DNA from: Eremomyces bilateralis CBS 781.70
Lineage: Eukaryota
Strand: one strand, 5' to 3'
Length of the DNA stretch: 64,000 bases
NCBI GenBank assembly: GCA_010015585.1
Contig: ML975162.1
A program made the translations under genes and the position numbers. The notes under the pieces were generated by a model that worked only from the letters and a program-made list of their open reading frames with translations, was not told where the DNA came from and made no database searches. Below, piece by piece: positions 13,506 through 25,799 of this stretch (position 1 is the stretch's first letter; each line of letters begins with the position of its first letter).

Positions 13506-14867
13506 ATGTTCGGGGCCCTAAACCGGATCATCGGCCGCCTGGACGCGGAGCCGGAGCAGCAGCACCCTCTCCACCGCGCCTCCGGCTTCCAGGTCCTCAG
13601 GAACGCGAACCCAGATATCCCCATCGAGCCGTGGTTTGATTTCGTGATCGGCATCAATGGACGCAGTATCGTGAGTGGAAACCTCCGAATATCAATTCGC
13701 GGAAACGGAGCGCTGATTCGTGGGACAGGACAGCCCGGATCCCGACCTCTTCGCGACGGAGGTGCGGAATTGCGGAGGCACGTCGATAAGTCTGGGGGTG
13801 TGGAGCGCAAAGGTACTGGATCTTCCCGAGACGCGGGGATGGGATTGTGCATGCATGCTGACTATTCGCAGGGACAGAGGATTCGCGAACTGTACGTGCA
13901 GGTCCCGAAGGACGCGCCCGCGCTGGGCATGTCGATGCAGTGGAACCCGTTGAATTCGACGGAGGACGTCTGGCATATCCTGGATGTCACGGCGAATTCT
14001 CCGGCAGACCAAGCTGGGCTGCTACCGTATGGCGATTACGTCGTTGGGAGCCCCGAGGGTGTGGTGCGGGGCGAGTCTGGGTTAGGTGAACTGGTTGAAG
14101 ATGTAAGAATATGGCATTCGGATATTCCTGAATGTTTCCTATTTACATGCCATGGCTTTCAATGTGCCCTCTGAGATGATTTTGTTCTCAGATGATTGAG
14201 GACATTCCCTTCGTGCTTGAGCGGCTCCCTTCCTCTCCGAGCCCTCGGCGTTCATCCCGGCTAACGCCCTTCCCAGTTCCTCAACCGCCCTCTCAGACTA
14301 TACGTCTATAACCACGAATACAACGTCGTCCGCCCCGTCACTATCACTCCGTCCCGCAGCTGGGGCGGCCAAGGCGCCCTAGGCTGCGTCCTCGGCTTCG
14401 GTGCCCTCCACCGCATCCCTCCCCCACTCGACGAACCCCCCCAAGCCCCTGGCGAAACCCTCTACGAAACCCCCTCCGACTCCCGCCCCCCCAGCTCCAT
14501 CTCCACCGAACACCCCGCCCCCACCCCCACACCTGCTACCAATCTTCCCAGCCACGGCGACTTCCTCGTCCCCGCGAACCTGCTGCAGTCTCCGCCGCCG
14601 CCCAAATCCCCCGATGCGCCGGCCGCCCACGGCGTGAAGCATGGGCGGAAGGGACGGCATCATGCGCCGCATGCACGAGCGGGCAGCCCGGGGAACGCGA
14701 TGGATGCGTATTTTGCGGAGGGGGAGGAGAAGAGTCGGATGGAGGATCGGGAACCGTCGAGGGCGGGGGGAGGGGTGCCGCCGCCGCCGAAGTCAGGGCC
14801 ACCGAAATCAGGAGGGCCGCCGAGAGGACCGCCGAGAGCGAATGTGGAAGAGGCGCCGGAGGAGTGA
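13506..14867 (+). CDS. GRH1: GRASP55/65 family Golgi reassembly stacking protein, multi-exon
   Basis: MFGALNRIIGRLD, GFQVL, IEPWFDFVIGING, VWHILDV, SPADQAGLLPYGDY, then LYVYNHEYNVVRPVTITPSRSWGGQGALGCVLGFGALHRIP after the intron ending near 14275, and a Pro-rich tail. Confidence 0.93.
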
Positions 14868-15655
14868 GGATGATGTTTTGGGGCGGGAAAAGTTCGAGGT
14901 GGCTGGCGGAGATATATTTGAGGGTGTCTCGATTCATGGATTGGCGTTCCTCTCGACTATGGCTAGGAGGTCTGCGTCGAATGTGGTGTAATAGGGTACA
15001 TCGTCCAGATGCTCGAGGAAGCGCGATGTATGCCGGCGTTGCGTCATCGCCGGGATGGGCGCTGCTGAGCATTAGCTTCTGGGTAGCGCAATAGAGGGTT
15101 CGTCAGTGATGTACGTACGGATATTGGCGTACGGCAGTGAGAGCGGCTGTAAAACCGGAGGTGGTCCCTGCGGAGGTCGATGGACGAGGAACGGAACCTC
15201 GCTAGGACTCTGCGGCGCTCGTGGTTTCCTCTTGATGCGGAGTTTCTGGCAGATGTTGCGCATGATGCGCGTGGGGGAGCGGCAGAACACCATGTTGGCG
15301 ACTAGGACGTAGTGCGGTAGTATGTGGAGATGGGTTGAATTATGATTCCGCAGAGATGGTCAATCACAGATAGATAGTTGTGTAAAAGCTGGTGGAGAGT
15401 GCTACGTGAAGGTGGTGGGTTAACACGGAATTTATATCACAAGGAAGGGCGCTGATGATGGGAACGTTGGTAGACAACAAAGTCACGCGCAGCAAGAAAT
15501 GGACTGGACTTTGGTCGATGGGAGAAAGTACCGGACAACAATCGATAATGACTCAGGATTTCCGATATCTGTATCGGTACCGATATTCAACGTTGGTTGT
15601 CCTTTCCCAACTGGATCAGACCCAGCGGTTGTCATCCTGATCAGGGCATGTCCTA

Positions 15656-16840
15656 CTACCGGATACTAGGCGCGATCACCACATTTCTCGAAAACGTAGC
15701 ACTCAAACTCTCGTCCTGGGCTCTCGACCTCTGTCTCCCCGTGATCCCAATCCGATCCGTCACCGGTGTCGCATTGATGATCTGGTCGAACTCATCGTCC
15801 TCCCCCAACCCCAGATCCGACCCGGACTCGGCGTCGGAATCTTCGCGGAGGACGGGACCCTGGGGTTCGGGTCGTGGGATCGTTGCTTGCTTTTTTGATT
15901 CGGCTTCAGGGTTGGTGAATGTCTTCGACTGTAGGACTCGTCGGCGGAGCTCCGCCATTTCCTCCTCGTCGTCGGATTCGGGAGGGAGTCCGTAATCCCG
16001 TTCCTCCTCCTCATCCTCTTCCTCATCTTCCTCTTCGTCCTCTGCCCCCTCACCATTGCTACCACGTTTCCCTTTTCTAGCCCCCTCGTCATCCCCACCC
16101 TCGTCGTCCTCATCCCCCTCCTCATCCGACTCATCCAACCGCCTCCGATTCAAATTCCCCCCCTTCCACACATCCCCACCCTCCACCCGACTCTTCTCAT
16201 ATTCCCTTTCAATCTTCTCCAGCCATGCCTCTTCCGCCTTTTTCACCTCCTCCTCGTTCGTACACGCCGCGTACCTCCTCAACAACGCCCCATTCATCTC
16301 CAAAAACTGTTCCCCGTATGAAAACGACGCTAGGATTTCCGCCGCCCACTCCCCTCGCCCGCAGATCGCGAAGCACGCCGCCAGCGCCTCCACGCAGTTC
16401 AGCCGCCACGGCCGCCCGTAGTTGGTCGGGTTCGCCGCGATCAGGTACGGGAGGAGCCGCTCGCATTTCCCGCCCAGCCGCGAAAACGGGACCTCGTCAA
16501 CACGGTTCCACGAGCACTCAACCACCGCGGCGCCGTACTGCTCGAGGATCTCCTTGTCGGCCGGGGAGATGACTTTCTTCGCTTTGGGGGAGACGACGAT
16601 GCCAGCGGATTTTTGGCCGATTTGGAGGGAGCGCATGAGGCCGAGGCGGATGAGTTTCTTGCCGGAGCAGCGTTTGGCGTCGCAGTGGCCGAGGTCCCAG
16701 CAGGCGGCTTTGAAGGGGGGGCGGGCGCGGTGGGAGGAGGAGGAGTCGGGGTTGTCGATGTCGGCGTGGGTTCGGGGAAGAGGGCGGGTGGAATTGCTGT
16801 ATTTCTTGCCGCGGCCGAAGTCTTTCTTGTGGCGGACCAT
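15656..16840 (-). CDS. TSR3: 18S rRNA aminocarboxypropyltransferase
   Basis: WDLGHCDAKRCSGKKL, GAAVVECSW, RLLPYLIAANPTNYGRPWRLNCVEALAA and an acidic tail. The true start is probably MVRHKKD at 16840. Confidence 0.96.
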   Translation of the reverse strand: MVRHKKDFGRGKKYSNSTRPLPRTHADIDNPDSSSSHRARPPFKAACWDLGHCDAKRCSGKKLIRLGLMRSLQIGQKSAGIVVSPKAKKVISPADKEILEQYGAAVVECSWNRVDEVPFSRLGGKCERLLPYLIAANPTNYGRPWRLNCVEALAACFAICGRGEWAAEILASFSYGEQFLEMNGALLRRYAACTNEEEVKKAEEAWLEKIEREYEKSRVEGGDVWKGGNLNRRRLDESDEEGDEDDEGGDDEGARKGKRGSNGEGAEDEEEDEEEDEEEERDYGLPPESDDEEEMAELRRRVLQSKTFTNPEAESKKQATIPRPEPQGPVLREDSDAESGSDLGLGEDDEFDQIINATPVTDRIGITGRQRSRAQDESLSATFSRNVVIAPSIR

Positions 16841-17296
16841 GGTGGCGGTTATCTTGATTATGGGATTCTTGACGTGTGATGAATGGGATAGGGTTGTAAG
16901 ATGTTGGAATTGTAGAGTGTTGAAGGTGATCGGCGTTGATGTGATTGTCGATATATTGGACTTTGGTGATGGTTGAAAACTTGACCCCCACCTGAACCGG
17001 ACCGCCACACTTCTCCGTCCATGATTCATGTCCGCTGAGCGCAAACCCCATGATATCGCCCCAAACAATGGACAGCTCATTAAAATCCATCGAACCCACT
17101 TCTATTCATTGAATCTTTCATACAGTATGGGCAAGTCACGTTGCCATATTAATAATATCATGACCGGGAGGGCTCAACCCAGAAGTCTCTATCCATCGAT
17201 CTCCTTTATCCGTAGCCCATCATCCAAACCCCTCATGATGAAAAACTCATGATGCACACAGTAAACTCCTCATGATGGAAACTATGATGTCCCCCA

Positions 17297-19535
17297 TCAC
17301 CGCGACGCACTTACCGTCTGCGCCCCCACCGCCAACGGCCCTATCCCCGACCTCATCGCACTCCCCCAATCCCCCCCGGCATCCTTCGGCGGACTCGTCG
17401 CCTTCACCTGCACCATCTCTCTCTGCGCCGATCCTCCCAAATCCCGCTCCCCTCCCCCCACACCCATCCCCCCCTCTATCTCCCTCCCGGCCCCGTCCCT
17501 CTTCGGCCTCTCCCACCGCCAATCCTCCCCGTGCCACTTCACCTTCACGCTCGGCGACTCCGCCTCCGATTCCCGCTGCGTCCGATGGTGAGAGTTGGGC
17601 GGCTGCCCCGCGACCCCGGAGTTCGGATGGCTGGGCATCTCGATCGTGCTGGCGGAGTTCGCCGCCGCGGGGTGCGAGCCCGGGTCGTGGAGGGTGCGTT
17701 GGGTGGTTGGGGTGACGAAAGGGGCGTCGCCGGGGGGTTTGGAGGCAGGGGGTTGGGTGGTGGAAGGGGCGGCGAAGGGTTGGTAGGTGGCGTTCTGGTG
17801 AGCGGGGTGGTGGGGGTTGGCCCAGGGGGTTTGGGAGAGGAATTGTTCTTCGGCGACGCGGGTTTCGCGGGCGACGTCGAGGATGGGGGTGGGGCCGAGG
17901 GGGCGGACGGGATGGACGGGATGGACGGGACGGTGGGCGATCTGTATGACGACGTCAATTCTCGTTCATTTCAAAGGGTGCTGGTTGTGTTAGGTAAAGG
18001 AGAGCGCCTCAACATACCTTCATGGCTTGCAAATCACTCTCGATCTCCGCGTCATCCAGTCCCTTCATATCCGGCGCTGCGGGGAACCCGACATGCTTCG
18101 CGATGCCCGACAGAATCGACACTTCCAGGTTATACGCCGTCTGCTGCTCGACCTGCGTCGATCGCTTGGTCGGGAACATGTGCATGTAGTTCGTGTCATC
18201 CGCGCCGAACCGTCGTCGATCCCGTTGCAGCGCGTGGAAATACTTATATCCGTCTTCAAGGGCTTTCTCCCGCGCGACGCGGAGGTCTTGGAGCAGCTGG
18301 CTCTGCAGCTGGCTCCGCTCGCCGACGACCTTGATGCGGAGGGTCTGCATCCGGTAGCGCTTGTGGATGTGTTCGTGTTGGACTTTGTTGGTGCGGCGTT
18401 CGTCGATGCATTGTAGCATGGCGAGGTATTCGGAGTGTTGGCAGTCGGGTTCGTTGAGGAGTTCGAGTTCCTTGTTGATGTGGTTGATTTGCTCGTTCAG
18501 GTGCCTATGACGTTGGTCAGCTTACGTCCACCGCGTGGATGTTGGGTCATACCGTTCTTTAAACGCAATAAACTGCCGTTCGACTTCGCCGAGCATATCC
18601 AAAGCGAATTTTCGTTTCGTAAGAGCTAACTGAATGAGCTTTGGGCCATAGTTGAAACGAACCAAGGTGGGTATACCTTCTTCCTCCTGGATAGCATTCG
18701 GATCTTCCTCATCAGCCTCTTCCTCCACCACATCCTCACCTTCAACCGGACCAAGTCTCGGCGTCCCACTGGCCCGGTCGAGCTCCGGATCCTTCACTTT
18801 CTTTCCTTTTCGCTTGCCTTTTCGGAATCTCAAGGCTCGACTGGGTTTTTCCGGTTCCTCCTGCTCGATGACCGCATCCTCCTTTTCTTCTACTTCGACC
18901 TCCGGCTCCAACTCCGGCTGCGCTTGAGCAGCCAGTTCCTCGACGAGTTGTTCGGCGATCTCTTCGTCGACGTTCTCATCCGGATCGGGTTCCTCGGGTT
19001 CCCTTTCTTCTTCGGGATCGGCAATGCTCTCTTCTTGTGAGGAATGACTTCGTTTCGCGGCCGGCTCGTCGGGATCTTCTCCGGTCATGAGCGGATCTGT
19101 TAATCCGGCGGCTCGCTTCCGTTTTCGAGGCATAGTTTCCGGTTCGGTCGCCTTCAAGATATCTGGCGTCGGCTCTCGCGTGTGGGTACCGGTTGACGCG
19201 GCATCGACGTCCTCTTGATCTTGTTCCATCTCGTCGATCTGTGCTTCAGCGTCTTCCTTCGCCTTGTCTTCGTCAACTTCTTCAACTTGGACCTTCAGCC
19301 ATTTCTGAGGGCTGATGTCCAGTCTCTCGGTCTCTGCTTCCGTGTCGTTCTCCGCATCACTGGCGGATTCCTCTTCAACCTCATCCGGAACGACGATGTC
19401 GCGTTCCTCGGTTGGGTCTTCTGGTTCGCTGAGGCTGCTGGAGCGATCGTCATCCATACTCTCCCATTGCTCCGGGCTAGTGTCCACTGCAGCGGATTTT
19501 AGGTCCGCCAAGCCGGGCTGTTCCTGGGATGCCAT
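17297..19535 (-). CDS. DEP1: Sds3-like Rpd3L complex subunit / transcriptional regulator, 4 exons
   Basis: SSSLSEP, DTEAETERL, QQTAYNLEVSILSGIAKHVGFPAAPDM, and a last exon EEQFLSQTPWANPHHP that continues into ORF 17297-17638. Confidence 0.88.
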
Positions 19536-20669
19536 TGCGCTTATGGTATAACCGTCGCAAGTTGTTGTAATGAATTTCTGGCGATCTTGAGTCGATGAGG
19601 GGGATTCTGAAAGTTGTTACAAGACAGGTCGTGTATCATGCGTGATCGTCAGGCGTCTTCTGCGGGTATAAAATAAATTAGCAAGACTGGAAACATAGAA
19701 CTGGGTCGTTGCCAGCTGGGTAAGGGGTGTTTGGGATTCCAATTCTCAAAGCGGTCGGGCACGCTGCCCAACAACCAGACCGCCGTCACAAAGACGATCA
19801 TTGAGGCATAGTAGGCTGTCGGTGGAAAATTCTGGAGAATGTACGATAGGACATACTGTTCAATGACTAAATATTCGTCTTTGTGAGTACCCCCACCCGT
19901 CAGGTCGATGACAGACCACTCAGTAGCGCCAACGACTCTGGACCGTCGTCGCGGATTTTGTCCCAAACCACACGAGTATAACCACCGCAATCGATTTGCG
20001 ATCCAGAAAACGCCGTCGGATGTCTCGATCGACCGTGGATAGTGCGTCGTGACAGTCGGGCGATCTGGCGTAGGAAGGACGGAGCTTCGGCAAAGTGTGG
20101 AAGAATGCAGGGCAGGGTGACGAGATCGGCGGCGGCTACATTGAGAGATATGGCTTTGAGGACGAGAACAAAAATGGTGGCATGCCAAGGGGATAGGAAG
20201 CGGTGGTCGAGATACAGGGAAGTGAATGGAGAGAAATGGAGTATGAAGCTGGAGAGAGACAGTGTGAAGCGTAAGAGAGTTCGGGGCGGGCAGGTGCACG
20301 AGAAACGGATCGGAATCATCACCTGGAGGGTTCGCGATTGGACACCTGAGGCTGCAAGGCTACAAGGGACCCGATGACCTCACAGCCACATCCGCTAACC
20401 AGCCAGCAGCCACACTTGCAGCTGAGTGCTGACTATGTGAGGCGTGAGCCATAATGCCATATCAGATAACAAGCCACACTTGCAGCCACACTCCACAGCT
20501 GTCACGTGCATATTTAGCATATGGTGCCTGACAGCCTTACAGCCTGGTCCTGCGAAATTTCCGGCTTCCAATAATTCGGTTCTTCTCCAAATTAATTCCT
20601 GCCTAGGCGTGTTATGCTTAAGAGAAAAGATATTGAACCCGGCAACAATTGTCGCTAGATATCTACAAA

Positions 20670-22405
20670 ATGGCTATCGCAACGGGCTTTCCTCAGCTTG
20701 CGAAGCCTTCGGATTGGGACAGCGGTATCGCAGGTCTCTTCGCTGTAAGTGTTCCCCATCGCGGTCACAACGATTCAGCCCTAATGGTTTGATTTTTCCA
20801 GGCGCCCGTGCCGCAGGAACCCCCGAAGCAAGTGACTGCTCCCAAGGCAGTTGCCGCTCCCAAAAAGGAACGTAAGGAACGGAAGGAACGGAAGGAACGC
20901 AAGGTGGAAGAATCGAAAGAGGACGAGGAAGAAGAAGAGGCACAGGCATCCTCTTCGGAAGATGCTGAGCAAAGTCCCGAGCCTGTCGTTGAACCCAAGA
21001 CGGATCCAGCCAGTCGGAAGAGGAAGCGAAAGGCCCGTGATGGAGAAGATCTGGAGGAGAAATACTTCGCGAAGCTCCAAGACGAGAGGCCCGCGAAGAC
21101 CGCCCGAAAGGAAAAACCTGTAGCAAGCGGTTCAGACGCCGAATCGGACGCTGAATCGGACACTGAATCGGACGAGAGCGAGGCCGCCTCCGTCGATGGT
21201 ACAGAAGAGGAAGATTCAGACGACGCTGCCAGCGACGATGATGCCATGTCCATTGATGCTACCTTGGCCTCCGAAGGCTTGGTACACGAGAGCTTGAAAC
21301 CCCCGCAACCCCGTCCCGAAGACGAATCCGAGAAGGAGAAACGAACCGTATTCCTTGGGAACGTGGCCTCGAGCGCTGTGACCTCCAAGTCCGATAAGAA
21401 AGCCCTCCTCAAGCACCTGGGTTCCTTCCTTCCGGACCTCAAGACTGGCGACGTCCCCCACAAAGTCGAATCCCTCCGCTTTCGATCCACCGCGTATTGG
21501 AACAACCTCCCCAAGCGCGCCGCCTTCGTCACCAAGAACCTCATGGAAACCACCACCAAGTCGACGAACGCCTACGCCGTCTACTCTACCGAATTCGCGG
21601 CCCGCGCGGCCATGCGGAAGCTGAACGGATCCGTCGTGCTGGACCGTCATCTGCGGGTCGACAGCGTCTCGAGCCCCGCGAAGGTCGATAATCGGCGATG
21701 CGTGTTCGTGGGGAATCTAGGGTTTGTGGACGATGATACCGCGATGAAGGAAGGCGATGCGGAGATGAAAGGGAGCAGTGCCAAGCCGAGGAAATCTACT
21801 CCGGGCGATACGGAAGAGGGGCTTTGGCGCCAGTTTAAACTGGCGGGGGAGGTTGAGAGTGTGCGAGTGGTGCGGGATCCGGCTACGCGTATTGGGAAGG
21901 GGTTTGCGTATGTGCAGTTCAAGGTATGTAGATTTGGTTGCCCTCTTGCAATATATTCCGCTCACGATACCAGGACCCGAATGCGGTTGAAGCGGCCTTG
22001 CTGTTCAACGACAAGCGATTCCCACCCATGCTTCCGAGAAAGCTCCGTGTTACTCGAGCAAAGGCGCAGGATAAGCCGAGGAAGGATTCAGGTTACGCTG
22101 GAGCCAATGAACGCCCTAAGAGGCGGCCAAAGAGCCGAACTGAGGGAGGCCGAGAAGGCGGCCCACAGGGACGGCCTCAGAGGGGACCTCAAAAGGGGCC
22201 ACATGGCTCTCGAGGTCGGTCCGGCGCGAACGCCAACATGGAGCCGGTAGGGGCCGCACGACCTAGACCCGGCCAGGCTGGAGCATTCGAAGGGCAGCGC
22301 GCCTCTGCACCGGCCCCAGTCAGAGCGAAAAGGGCGAGAAAGACCAGCGAGAAAGGCCGGCAACGAGCCAGCGCGTGGAGGCGATCCGGCGGCACCAAGC
22401 CCTAA
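20670..22405 (+). CDS. NOP12: Nucleolar RRM protein Nop12, 3 exons
   Basis: Acidic N-terminus, [42 protein letters not shown]1 GKGFAYVQF, and FEGQRA in the tail. Confidence 0.93.
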
Positions 22406-22457
22406 TCGTCGTTCCCATAGCCGTATTATACAAATTTCAACCGTGTACTCAACCTAT

Positions 22458-23434
22458 CTACATCCGACTCGGCATCCTCATCGCCCCATCCAACCTAATC
22501 ACTGCCCCATTCAACATGGTATTCTCCGTCGCCTCGCCACACAGCCGCGCAAACTCCTCCGGCTTCCCCTGCCGCACCGGAAACTCCATCACCCGCTCCA
22601 AGCTCTTCCTTACCTTATCCCCCATCATCGCCGTCATCGCACTCTCAAACAAACTCGGCGCAATCGTCACCACCCGGATCCCATACCGCGCCAGGTCGCG
22701 CGCCATCGGCAGTGTCATCGCCGACACCGCGCCCTTGGACGCCGAGTAGGACACCTGGCCAGGTTGTCCGTCCGTCGCGGCGGAAGAGGACACCATGAGG
22801 ATCACCCCGCGCTCACCGTCGGGGGTGAGCGGCTCGTTGGCGACCATGGTGGGGAGGAATTGGCGGATCGTGTCGAGGGTACCGCGGAGGTTGATGTTCA
22901 GGACGAAGTCGATGCGCTGCATGGAGAGGGGTTCGCCTTTCGCGTCGATGATCTATGCCAACCGTCAACATTCCATCTCGCAATCAACATCCGCCCGTCC
23001 CCCAATCCGACACAGTGCGTGCAGATGTTCGCTGTGAGGGTAGTAGATTTGAAAGTACCCACCTTCCCCGGCAACCCAACCCCAGCTCCCGCAAGCACGC
23101 CCGCCACCGGCGCCTTCGTCTCCGCCACCCAGTCCGTCGTCCCCTTCACCGCCGCAGCAATACTCTCGCTGCTGGTCACGTCGCATTGGAAGAAGCGGGC
23201 GCGCGCGCCGAGCTTGGCCACGAGCGCCTCGCCCTTCTCCACGTGCAAGTCCAGGATCGAGACATAGCCGCCTTTTTGGTGGTAGTGCTCGACGGTGGCT
23301 TGGCCGAGGCCGGAGGCGCTGGGGGAGGTTAGGTTGGAGAGGTTATGGGGGGGAGGGGGAGTTGTGGGGTAGGGATGTCTGATATGGAAGACTTACCCGC
23401 CGGTGACGACGAATGTGCGGTTCTCGATCTTCAT
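22458..23434 (-). CDS. Short-chain dehydrogenase, 3-hydroxyacyl-CoA dehydrogenase type-2 (HSD17B10-like), 3 exons
   Basis: MKIENRTFVVTGG|ASGLG, INLRGT, GERGVILMVSSSAATDGQPGQVSYSASKGAV, MTLPMARDL, NTMLNGAVIRLDGAMRM. Confidence 0.92.
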
Positions 23435-23564
23435 ATTGGTCAATGGGTCACTTGTAGAGGAGTTTAAATTTAGGTAAAGGGAAAATATGGACTGAAATAT
23501 TAGAAAGACACTTGTTTTCATGATTGAGGTGCGGTAGTATTATGCCCGCGGGCACTTCCCCATA

Positions 23565-23570
23565 CCGAGG
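23565..23570 (-). promoter_or_regulatory. FarA/FarB-type element upstream of the SDR gene
   Basis: CCGAGG on the plus strand (CCTCGG on the gene's strand) about 130 bp upstream of the ATG at 23434. Confidence 0.5.
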
Positions 23571-23938
23571 CCCATTCCGAAGCTCCACCATAAACCCTGA
23601 AGTCTTAATCTCAAGAAGCTACTACGTACAGGACAACATTCAGGTCGCTGCCAATAGGGACCTGTAGCGAAAGGTGTTTGGGAGGATGAGAATTACTAGC
23701 CTAAACAATTAACTGCCTTTGTTTCACTGTCATCTAATATTACAAGACGAAACTGGAGCACTGGCCGTCAATCTGGAGAAGAACGTCATCGATCACGTGC
23801 CTTTGTTTAGCTGGCTTCAGTCGATATCTCGACGAAGCGCCCAGCTTGAACTCTCCAGCAACGCCTCTACAAATCTCGAATAACGTCTCTCAACCCGCAT
23901 TAATACATCCCTAAGATTCATCTAACCACCCCTCCAAA

Positions 23939-25204
23939 ATGGGCGACCTCCTCCCCTGGGAATCCTCCCCCCATCTCTACCTCTTCTCCTCCCTCACCGC
24001 GGGCTCCTCCCACATCCTCACCGCCACCTCCCGCGTCGAGACCATCCTCAAAGCCAACCGCATCCCCTACACTTACGTCGACACTGCTACCAACGACTCC
24101 GCCCGCAAGCTGTACGGCCGTCGCGGGAAAAACAAGAAGTTCCCCTTGCTTGTCAAGGAGGGCTTCGTGCTCGGGGATCTGGAGGAGGTCGAAGAATGGA
24201 ACGAGTTCGGCGAGCTGAAGGAGATGGTGGGGGAATTGCCGGCGAAGAGCGCGTTGCCTGGGGAAGATGTGGACGATGCTGGGAGCGTGACGGCGGGTGG
24301 GGCGGCGGCGGGAGCGGAGACTAAGGCGCCGAGTCAGGTGAAGGAGGAGAAGATCACAAAACCCGAGAGCAATGTGCCTTCCGCAATGAAGGAGTCCGTA
24401 TTCGCAGCAGCGGCGTTGGCGGCAGCGAAGACGGCGCCGGCACAGTCGCCCATGACCGCGACGGCACCAGAGACAAAAAAAGCGACAGAGAAAGCCCTTG
24501 ACAGCGGAGCGCTACCTCTGACTGCCGAGAAAGAACCTACCCAGCCCGACACATCCGCCTCCTCGAGCAAACCAGAACCCATGACTGGGCCTCCGATCAC
24601 CCCCGCAAGCCCTCGACCGATCGACACACGTGCCCCGGACCAGTCCACGTCAAATCTGGGCTCCACGGTCGTCTCCCCGACCGGGTCGCAGACCACGCTG
24701 CCGTATCGTCCCCCTACGCATAGAGGAAGTGAAGTTAGTGTTGCGAGCGAGGAGGAAGTTCGGGCGGTGGAAGAGAAGACGGTGATTTTGGAGGAGGGAG
24801 GGGAGAGGGAGAAGGAGGAGTCTGAGGAATCTGAGGAGGAATCTGAAGAGGAGGAGGAAGAGAAAGAAGAGAAGGGGGAACGGGTCAAGGATAAGAAGGA
24901 TGCGGAGATAGAAGAGAAGAGGGCCAAGGTCAAGGACGAGGAAGAAGACGACGAAGATGAGGACGATGAGGAGGAGGATGAGGACAGTGAGGAGGAAGAT
25001 GAGGGTGAGGACGAGGATAGTGAGGAGGAGAATAGGGCTCAGGCTCAGCAGCAAGGACTGGAAGCAAAAGGAGAGGAAGTAAAAAAAGAGGATAAAGCAG
25101 ATAAAGACGAGAAGAAGGAAACGAAACCGGAGAAGGGGCTAGAGACGGCGGCGGAGACGAAGCCTGCAGAAGCAGCCAAGTCGGTGAAGAGTTCTGGCGA
25201 CTAA
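23939..25204 (+). CDS. SH3BGR/glutaredoxin-like (thioredoxin-fold) protein with a long acidic low-complexity tail
   Basis: LYLFSSLTAGSSHILTATSRVETILKANRIPY...LGDLEEVEEWNEFGEL, followed by Ala/Pro- and Glu/Asp-rich regions. Single 421-aa ORF. Confidence 0.8.
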   Translation: MGDLLPWESSPHLYLFSSLTAGSSHILTATSRVETILKANRIPYTYVDTATNDSARKLYGRRGKNKKFPLLVKEGFVLGDLEEVEEWNEFGELKEMVGELPAKSALPGEDVDDAGSVTAGGAAAGAETKAPSQVKEEKITKPESNVPSAMKESVFAAAALAAAKTAPAQSPMTATAPETKKATEKALDSGALPLTAEKEPTQPDTSASSSKPEPMTGPPITPASPRPIDTRAPDQSTSNLGSTVVSPTGSQTTLPYRPPTHRGSEVSVASEEEVRAVEEKTVILEEGGEREKEESEESEEESEEEEEEKEEKGERVKDKKDAEIEEKRAKVKDEEEDDEDEDDEEEDEDSEEEDEGEDEDSEEENRAQAQQQGLEAKGEEVKKEDKADKDEKKETKPEKGLETAAETKPAEAAKSVKSSGD

Positions 25205-25799
25205 TCCGACCGGAAGGAGCACTTGGATTGGCGTTTGATGATTGAACGGTTCATGATATTGGATGGGCGGGCGACATGTACCTGATTCTTGCCTGCGGCA
25301 TCACAGAGCGGTTGCGTGAGGATTTCTATCACCAGCGCGATTACGACGAGACAATGGAACCTAATATGTCCTTATCGACTGTCTATTAATAAGCGCTATC
25401 CATTAATCTACCTGTGTAAACTGTTCTTCGTGTCATCGGGTTCGTTACGCCAAACCCGACATGTAGAAGATACTAGCTAATACCCTGCCGACCCTGGCTT
25501 ACATTTCGCCCAAACAAATCGAGAATGCAAAAAATTTCCAAAGATCGTTCGGTAACTACGCCGGTGTTCCCCCGTATTCAAATATCCCGTCCCTGCATGC
25601 CATCCGTCGCCAGTCTTAAAAACCCCATATCCATCCATCCATCCTGTCCCGTTCCAAGCCAAATCATGGGCACCGTAAACATCCCAAGGGCGAAATGCAG
25701 GGGCCAGTGAACCGCCAATTCAAAGGAGCGTAGGAAGTGAATGGAAAATCACGTTGAAGTCAGGTTCGAGAATCCTCCTTGAAGAATGCTGGAATTGAT

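Noticed and set aside
16841..17080. In-frame upstream extension of TSR3 (similarly 55435-55674 for the kinase)
   Set aside because: It starts at a non-ATG codon and is not protein-like. The family-like sequence starts at the downstream ATG.
17228..17290. Repeated ATGATG motifs suggesting a box C/D snoRNA
   Set aside because: It is a short (AAACT..CATGATG)n slippage repeat with no properly placed box D or terminal stem.
19649..20322. Overlapping 216-aa and 140-aa minus-strand ORFs upstream of DEP1
   Set aside because: Non-ATG starts and pyrimidine-rich leader-like sequence. Most likely 5' UTR or promoter.
24800..25030. GAG/GAA/GAC-rich repeats
   Set aside because: Explained by the acidic tail of the SH3BGR-like protein.
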